Positions 57,533 through 64,000 of a stretch of DNA of 64,000 nucleotides are shown one piece after another. The position numbers and the translations under genes are program-made. The first letter of the stretch is position 1. The number at the start of each line of letters is the position of its first letter. Under the pieces are notes generated by a model. That model saw only the letters and a list, made by a program, of their open reading frames with translations. It ran no database searches and was not told the DNA's origin. The DNA is taken from the NCBI GenBank assembly GCA_950097015.1, contig CATNEN010000024.1, positions 310,001 through 374,000 of the forward strand. Reading direction: 5' to 3'. The DNA comes from Macrostomum hystrix. Taxonomy: Eukaryota; Animalia; Platyhelminthes.

Positions 57533-60500
57533 TTGACTTACTTGACTTATCTGCAGGGCGGTCCGATGGACACAGCGGGGAGGCGGAAGTCGCCCATTCC
57601 GCTAATCCCTGAAAGATTCCCTAATCGTTTCGCTGCCGCAGTGCCGCTCGTTGGGGGACGAAGCGCACACCGGCATCAAGGAGACGCTGGGCGGTTTTTG
57701 CCGCCTCACCGCGGATAAAGATATCAAGCGGGAGGATGTTCAGGAAGGCGCTGAGGCCATCGAAGGGGGCGGATGGCTGGGCGCTCATGATCATGCGACA
57801 TGCGCGACCCTGCACTATCCAAAGAGTCTCATGGCAGGTCTTAAGCTGCAGGGCGCTAGCCCAGATCAGTCCGGCGTACGAAACAGCCGGTCTGACCATA
57901 GCAGTGTAGATCCACCAAAGGCGTTTGGGGGTGAGACCCCAAGTGTTGCCTACCGCCCTGCGCAGCTGCGCCAGAATCGCAAAGGCCTTTTTGGCTTTAG
58001 CGTGGACATGAGGAGTCCAGCTGAGCCTGTGATCGAGCGTTATGCCCAAGCATTTAGTTTGCTTCTAGAAGGTGATGTCCTTTCCATACAGCTGGAGGGG
58101 GCGAATATGCCATTTGTTTTTGCTGGTGAACATGATCGCCGCTGTCTTAGACTCGGAGAGCTTCAGACCACAGCGAGTTGCCCATCTTTCAGCGTTGTTA
58201 ATAAAGTTTTGCAGAAGGTCTCGGAGGGCCTCTGGTACCGGGCCAGATGCCACTGCCGTAACATCATCCGCGTAGCCGACCTTTAGGATGGGATCCGGCT
58301 GAGAGTCCCGTAAGAGCTCGTCGATAACCATGTTCCAGAGAACTGGTGAGAGGACGCCGCCTTGTGGGCTACTTTTACAGACAGTGACCGTCCGCTGGTG
58401 TCCAAGAAGGTGTGCCGTAGCAGTGCGGTGGCGGACCATGTACATGATCCACCTCCTAAGATGCGAATGCGTGTGCCGCATACGTAGGGCCCTGTCAAAC
58501 GCCTCGAAGAGAACGTTGTCGAAGGCCCCATCAATGTCCAGGAAGATGCTGGCTGGGAGCAAAGCCGTTCCCGAGGACGGCCTTTTCCAGAGCGCCCACC
58601 AGAGCGTGGAGAGCGCTTTCGGTGGAGCGTCCCGACCGAAAAGCGTGTTGATTGTCGCTTAGCGGCATATTTTTCAGCTCCACAGAGAGGAGGCGCCAGA
58701 GCACCAGTCTCTCCATCAGTTTGACCATGGTGGAGGTTAGACTAATTGGCCGGAACGATTTAATGGAATGGCAGTCCGGGCGGCCTGGCTTGGGGATAAA
58801 TACCACCCTCGCCTCGGTCCATGCCTTCGGGACGGGTCCACGAGGTTTGCCAGCCGGAAGGTTGCCAGCCGAAGGTTGCCAGCCGGAAGGTTGCCAGCCG
58901 AAGGTTGCCAGCCGGAAGGTTGCCAGCCAGAAGTTTGCCAGCCGGAAGGTTGCCAGCCAGAAGTTTGCCAGCCGAGAGGTTTGCCAGCCGGATGGTTGCC
59001 AGCCAGAAGTTTGCCAGCCGAGAGGTTTGCCAGCCGGAAGGTTGCCAGCCAGAAGTTTGCCAGTTTGTCCCATTCCCCCCATTATTCAAGAGTTTGACTC
59101 AACTCCCTCTCCCCTCCATTTAACCGTTTCAGCGTTGATTACTTTCAGGTAGACAATCAGAAAAGCCAGACGTGACTAGTCATAAAAACATTCTCCTTTC
59201 TATTTCCAGATCAGCTAGTTGCTCAAAAAACTTCAACGAGCCAGCCGAGTCCCCGAGCCCTTATTTCATATTGATTTCGATTGAGAAGACGAAATTATGC
59301 TGCAGAAATATGTAACAGTAATTATATTCAGGAACTCAGAACCCCCACCCCCTATCATGAGTTCCCAAAAACAAAAAAGACAGAAAATGGTATTACACAT
59401 TATTACAGACTCTTGTACAAAACTATTATTACTGCTTTATTACTACGCTATTACACATGATGGCACGTGCAAAGAGTTGGAACTGTTTGAGGAAAAGTGC
59501 GACTCAATACAGTAAAAAGAATTCGGTGCAACAGCGCAACAAAATGTTTCTGTGTAACTCAAGCCGGGAAAAACTGTATTACAAAAAGCAGCACCACAAA
59601 AAGGTAGTTAAGCATTCGCCATCATCAGCTTCTGGGCAAAAGCGACTCTAAAAGTTGCTAGTGCTTACTTGTATTAAGTATAATTCATCCTTCTTTAATT
59701 ACTTCGGAACTTTTAAAAGCATTTTCATTATTAAGAGTGCCACCCAAGACCAAGATAGTAAAAATAAAATACTGAAATAAGGGACCGAACTGCAAATGTA
59801 AGAGAAACTGACAAAAACAGCAGCACCCTGAAAGTTTGAACTCGTCTAACTTCTGCCTCACAATTTGCAACGAATGTGATTATAGAAAGATTATCCCCTG
59901 GTCTTTTACCTGTAAAACAATTATGTCACTATTTCACCGCAGTATTGACAGCTTGTCATTTGATAAACAATTGCCAGCTATTACTTGCTCAAGTGATGGG
60001 CGATGCCCCTCAGTAAGGAGCGCAACGGAAAGTCAGCTGGCAGTCCACCGTCATTCCAGCGTTGCGTGATGCGCAGGACCATCGCGTTGCTCTGCGCGTA
60101 CTTCTGCCTCTCTTGTGGCACTTCGCCCGCGGCAGCTCGCTGCATCAGTAGGCGCTGATGGTCTTGTTCCTTTTTGAGGCAACTGAGTAGCCTGAAGACT
60201 TGCGGACTACTGCACGCGAGCACGACTTGAAGCCTTCGATGCCAAGCTTCCACACAGTTGTTGGTCCGATGCCGACCCTCAAGCGTGCGCTGACATTCCA
60301 GAAGGCTAGTTCAAACCTTGGTTGCCGCCTCTGGCCATTTGGAAGACGCCGACCAATCCATTGATCCTCAAAGTAATTCGCCACCGGCGTGAGCTGCTCT
60401 GGGAAACCAGGCATCATTATCAGGTTGTCAAACGATGTGGCGACGGAGTCAATGGGCACAAATGCCAGAGCAGTGAGGCAGCGCATCCAGAGCGATATTT

Positions 60501-61665
60501 CCCCATCGTCCTGCTCCAGCTGTTGCTTTAGGCCTTCAGATATGGCCTTGCGGTACACGCACTGCCCTAGGTGAAATAGACACCCAGACGCGACAATGTC
60601 AAAAACGTGCCTGATGGCGTTCATGTGCGCTCGCTCGAAGTCGGCCATCCACCTGATCCACCCGTTCTGAATCACTGATTGTAGTGAGACCAAATTGTTG
60701 CTGGTGAGAGACATCCTGGACAACGTCATAGCAAACTGTCCAGCAGCTGGCAAACTTCCGGCTGGCAAACTTCCGGCTGGCAAACATCTCGGCTGGCAAA
60801 CTTCTGGCTGGCAACCTTCCGGCTGGCAAACCTCTCGGCTGGCAAACTTCTCGGCTGGCAAACTTCTGACTGGCAACCTTCCGGCTGGCAACCTTCGGCT
60901 GGCAACCTTCCGGCTGGCAAACCTCGTACTCCCCTTCGGGACATACCCAAGCACAATGCATGCAAGCTTTAAGGAGCTTGCAAATATTTGTGAGGAAACC
61001 ATGGCATTTTACCGCCTCGCGAATGAAGGCTGGTATAATGCCATCCGGCCCCGGGGATTTAAAGAGTTTGAAGGACTGGGCTGCCTTGGTAACCCGGTCT
61101 TCGGTAATGATGGACGCCGCAAGGATATGACCTCCCTCGGTATGATCCGGGGGGTCTGTCCCTGCTGGCACGCTGGGGAAGAAGGCTGTGAGCAAAGTGT
61201 CAAGCGTTTCCCCAGGGTTCTCGGTGGGCATTTTGTCCAGCGTGAGGGCTTTGACAACTCTGGAGGTGGGGCGAGTGCCCTCAAGCTCCTCACAGTATTC
61301 CCGCCACTTACTGTTTTTGGCGTTTCTGACTTCCTTCTTGAAGCTATGAATGGCTTCAAGATACGCAGCCTGATCAGCCGGGTTTTTAGTTTTCGTGGCC
61401 CTGCGGTGTAGCCGCTTCGCTGCTCGACGGAGCTCGCCGAGCTGCGGATTCCACCATGGGGCAGATGTTTTGCCTCTGTAGGCTTTGAGGGGGCAGGAGG
61501 CCTCGAAGGCGGTGGTCAGCGAGTTAGTGAGAAACTCAGCTAGTTCATCCGCTTCATCGCAGGTGCTGGCAGGGGGGCTGAGGTTTCGTTGAGTTCCTTC
61601 GAGGTTATACCTGAAGGCTTCTCAACCGGTGCTCCTAGCGTTCCTTTTCCAGGAAGTCGCTACAC
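57533..61665 (-). mobile_element. Non-LTR retrotransposon (R1/LOA-type, I group), 5'-truncated, disrupted, internally deleted, interrupted by a MULE
   Basis: EN-RT linker (PWWNPQL), KSPGPDGI, GYVPKAWTEARVVFIPKPG, FRPISLTS, FLDIDGAFD, PQGGVLSPVLWN, YADD, GITLDHRLSW, TWGLTPK..WIYTAMVRP. Contains frameshifts and a nonsense codon. 3' tail TAAGTCAAGTAAGTCAAG at 57533-57550. Confidence 0.92.
58834..60933 (-). mobile_element. Mutator-like (MULE) DNA transposon with partial transposase, 2100 bp, 9-bp TSD
   Basis: TSD CTTCGGGAC at 58825-58833 and 60934-60942. Ends GGGTCCACGAGGTTTGCCAGCCGG / GGGAGTACGAGGTTTGCCAGCCGG, with TIR arms made of TTGCCAGCCGGAAG subrepeats. Transposase fragment about 59981-60660: DFE.A.MNA, GCLFHLGQC (CxxH), LTALAFVP, YFEDQWIG, then frameshift to RTNNCVEAWHRR. 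Confidence 0.93.
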
Positions 61666-61714
61666 CACTTAAGGACTTAAATAAAAGCTGAGAAGGTTGC
61701 GAATGACGTACTGT

Positions 61715-62940
61715 AAGAATTAAAGAAGAGGAGATGTAGCGTATAACCCACAGAAGAGCATGAAGAAGAGTAAAAAAAGTAGCGAATAAACCACAGAAGA
61801 ACATGAAGAAGAGTAAAAAAAGTAGCGAATAAACCACAGAAGAACATGAAGAAGAGTAAAAAAAGTAGCGAATAAACCACAGAAGAACATGAAGAAGAGT
61901 AAAAAGTAGCGAATAACCCACAGAAGAGCATTAAGATGAGTAAAAAAAGTAGCGAATAACCCACAGAAGAACATGAAGAAGAGTAAAAAAGTAGCGAATA
62001 AACCACTTGACTTACTTGACTTAGCGGCAGGGGGCCTCCATGACGGACGCAGCGAGGAGGCGGCTGTTGCCGCCCATATCGCTAACCCCTGGCAGCCAGA
62101 CGGCCTCCAGCGAGGCGGTGCCGCTCAGGGTGGTCCGTCGGTCGGTTCCGCCGCGCGATCTTCCTCGCCATAGGCTGGGAAGAAATCAGCTCGGCCGGTA
62201 TCCCGGAGGAAGTGGGCGAGCTGAGGGATGTTCTCGGGCGAGCAGGCTTCGGCAAGAGTCGGTGCCGGCCCGAGGTGTTTTAGCCTAGCCCGGGTGAAGG
62301 CCGGGCAGTGGCAAATGAAATGCTCGGCGTTTTCACGGCCGGAGCAGCAGAAAGGACACGTTTCCTCAGGCACGTGGCCTTGGAGGTAGCGGTGTCTGGT
62401 GAAGCAGCCATGTCCCGAAAGGGCCATGGTGACTGCTCTCAGGTCTCTGCGGTTTAGCCTGAGTAAGGCCTTACGCAGGTTACTAGAGGGGGTTGGCACC
62501 GCAGCCCTGGACTGGCGACAGTTCAGGGTGCTGGACCACCTCCTCCGGTGCTGGGTCTCCATCCAGTGGTTGATGCTGGAGTTGACAACGGAGGCGGGGA
62601 TCGGGGATTCCGGGCCCGGGCCCATCAGGGAGCTGGCTGCTCCAGCCTTAAGAGTAAAAAAAGTAGCGAATAAACCACAGAAGAGCATTAAGAAGAGTAA
62701 AAAAGTAGCGAATAACCCACAGAAGAGCATTAAGATGGGTAAAAAAAGTAGCGAATAACCCACAGAAGAACATGAAGAAGAGTAAAAAAAGTAGCGAATA
62801 AACCACAGAAGAGCATTAAGAAGAGTAAAAAAGTAGCGAATAACCCACAGAAGAGCATTAAGATGAGTAAAAAAAGTAGCGAATAACCCACAGAAGAGCA
62901 TTAAGAAGAGTAAAAAAGTAGCGAATAACCCACAAAAGGA
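61715..62940. repeat. 43-bp purine-rich minisatellite split by the LINE insertion
   Basis: Unit ACATGAAGAAGAGTAAAAAAAGTAGCGAATAAACCACAGAAGA on both sides (61715-62004 and 62649-62940). Confidence 0.93.
62005..62648 (-). mobile_element. 5'-truncated 3' end of a second R1/LOA-type LINE
   Basis: ORF end [12 protein letters not shown] (post-RNase H), [23 protein letters not shown] (C-terminal CCHC), 3' UTR and the same TAAGTCAAG x2 tail. It is inserted in a 43-bp minisatellite. Confidence 0.9.
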
Positions 62941-63590
62941 CCCGAATAAACTTTAGTCATCTGAGGATTTTGCTTCCTACGTGTCTTGTTTATTATCGAC
63001 AACCGTTTCCTATCTCCGCAGTTTATTTTAACTAGACGCATGGTTGTTATAAGGTTTTGCAACGTTAGTCATACGTTGACCGACGTATGCGTGGGTGGTA
63101 CATGGATGCGTCATAGCAATGGTCATAGGGGTCAACTTTTGATTGCATAACAAGGATTTCCCCAAGAGCAATGAGTGTGAAAATCACATTTGACCCGCGT
63201 GCTGGGATATCCCTACGCACATTGTGACGTACAGCTCCAGTGTACTAAGGTTACGCCGGGGTCGCAGGGTACTGTACTTCCGTGCACATTGTGGTGTACA
63301 AATCAATGTACTAAGACCACGATCCTTTCCTATCAGTACATTTGTACATGTATGTAACGTACGTTGATTTCTATACGCTCTTGATAAATTATACAACCCA
63401 TGTCCCAATTATATTACTTTTATATTCTTATAATGAGTAATATACATTGCATTTCCCTAACAAGTTTTATTAAATACTTTTTGTTCTTTTTCGAATTTTC
63501 ACATTACATAAGCGCATGGGTCTGATTCGCATCTCTACAGTCTATTCTGCTGTGTTAAATCTTAAGTCTAACTATTGATCCCTCTGCAGC

Positions 63591-63884
63591 ATGCAGCCCG
63601 TTACTCCTCTGCAGCTTAAACAGTCATTTAACCCGAATGACTTACAAACGTCCGCCTTGATTTCCAAGTACTGCCTCAGCGAGAGGTCTCAAATGAATCT
63701 CAAAAGCGCAGCGCAGCTTTCCGAGCTACTCTGTCTGGCTATTGATCGAGCCACGAAGCAAGGCCATTGGAACGACGCCCTGGTCCTGGCCAGGCAGATG
63801 ATGCAGTCACGCATGGATCCGCTGGCTCGCGCCTACTGCTGTGAGGTCGGCCTAACAAGAGCAGCCAAGTGTGGCCAGTTGCAG
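63591..63884 (+). CDS. Coding exon of an unidentified gene continuing beyond the window
   Basis: CTGCAG acceptor immediately before the ATG, helical-looking ORF (LSELLCLAIDRATKQGHWNDALVLARQMM), CAG|GTTAG donor at about 63884. Confidence 0.5.
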
Positions 63885-64000
63885 GTTAGATTGCGTCATT
63901 CTGCAGTGATCAGAATCTTGTCGACTTTAACTAGACCTGGAAAGACTTAAATAGATTATTTTGCTCGTACATATTCGTTAGCTCACTCACAAAGAATAAC

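Noticed and set aside
59510-59900. Cys-rich pieces inside the MULE suggesting a PHD-like second ORF
   Set aside because: Frames are broken and the motif is incomplete, so it cannot be supported.

Overview
Eukaryotic (metazoan) genomic DNA with spliceosomal GT-AG introns, GC-rich exons, AT-rich intergenic DNA and minisatellite-filled introns. It is most likely a free-living flatworm such as Macrostomum, inferred from four segments matching the Macrostomum spliced-leader (SL) exon as I recall it from the literature. Genes form two divergent blocks around an 8.6-kb AT-rich, MITE-containing gap. Minus strand: YAE1-like, TGS1, H2A.Z, MCM4 and a soluble guanylate cyclase. Plus strand: myosin light chain, ATRIP-like, SRBD1/Tex, EEF1E1/AIMP3, a tetraspanin, DUS2 (with an antisense LicD-family gene nested in intron 1), a PPxY single-pass membrane protein and a partial unknown gene. 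Mobile DNA includes two tRNA-derived SINE families, R1/LOA-type LINE fragments, a MULE with a 9-bp TSD inserted in the LINE RT, and several MITEs. Top observations: (1) the YAE1 ORF overlaps the TGS1 start codon (ATGTCTAG), is almost AUG-free and has weak Kozak contexts, suggesting a bicistronic mRNA; (2) four same-strand SL-exon-derived segments, none with a GT donor, three sharing an upstream CCAAT-containing module; (3) a SINE and the LINE share a 3' tail with a conserved variable-loop hairpin; (4) SRBD1 has no evident genomic start codon and a phase-0 acceptor that would put the SL AUG in frame. All exon boundaries were read by eye and no database searches were run.
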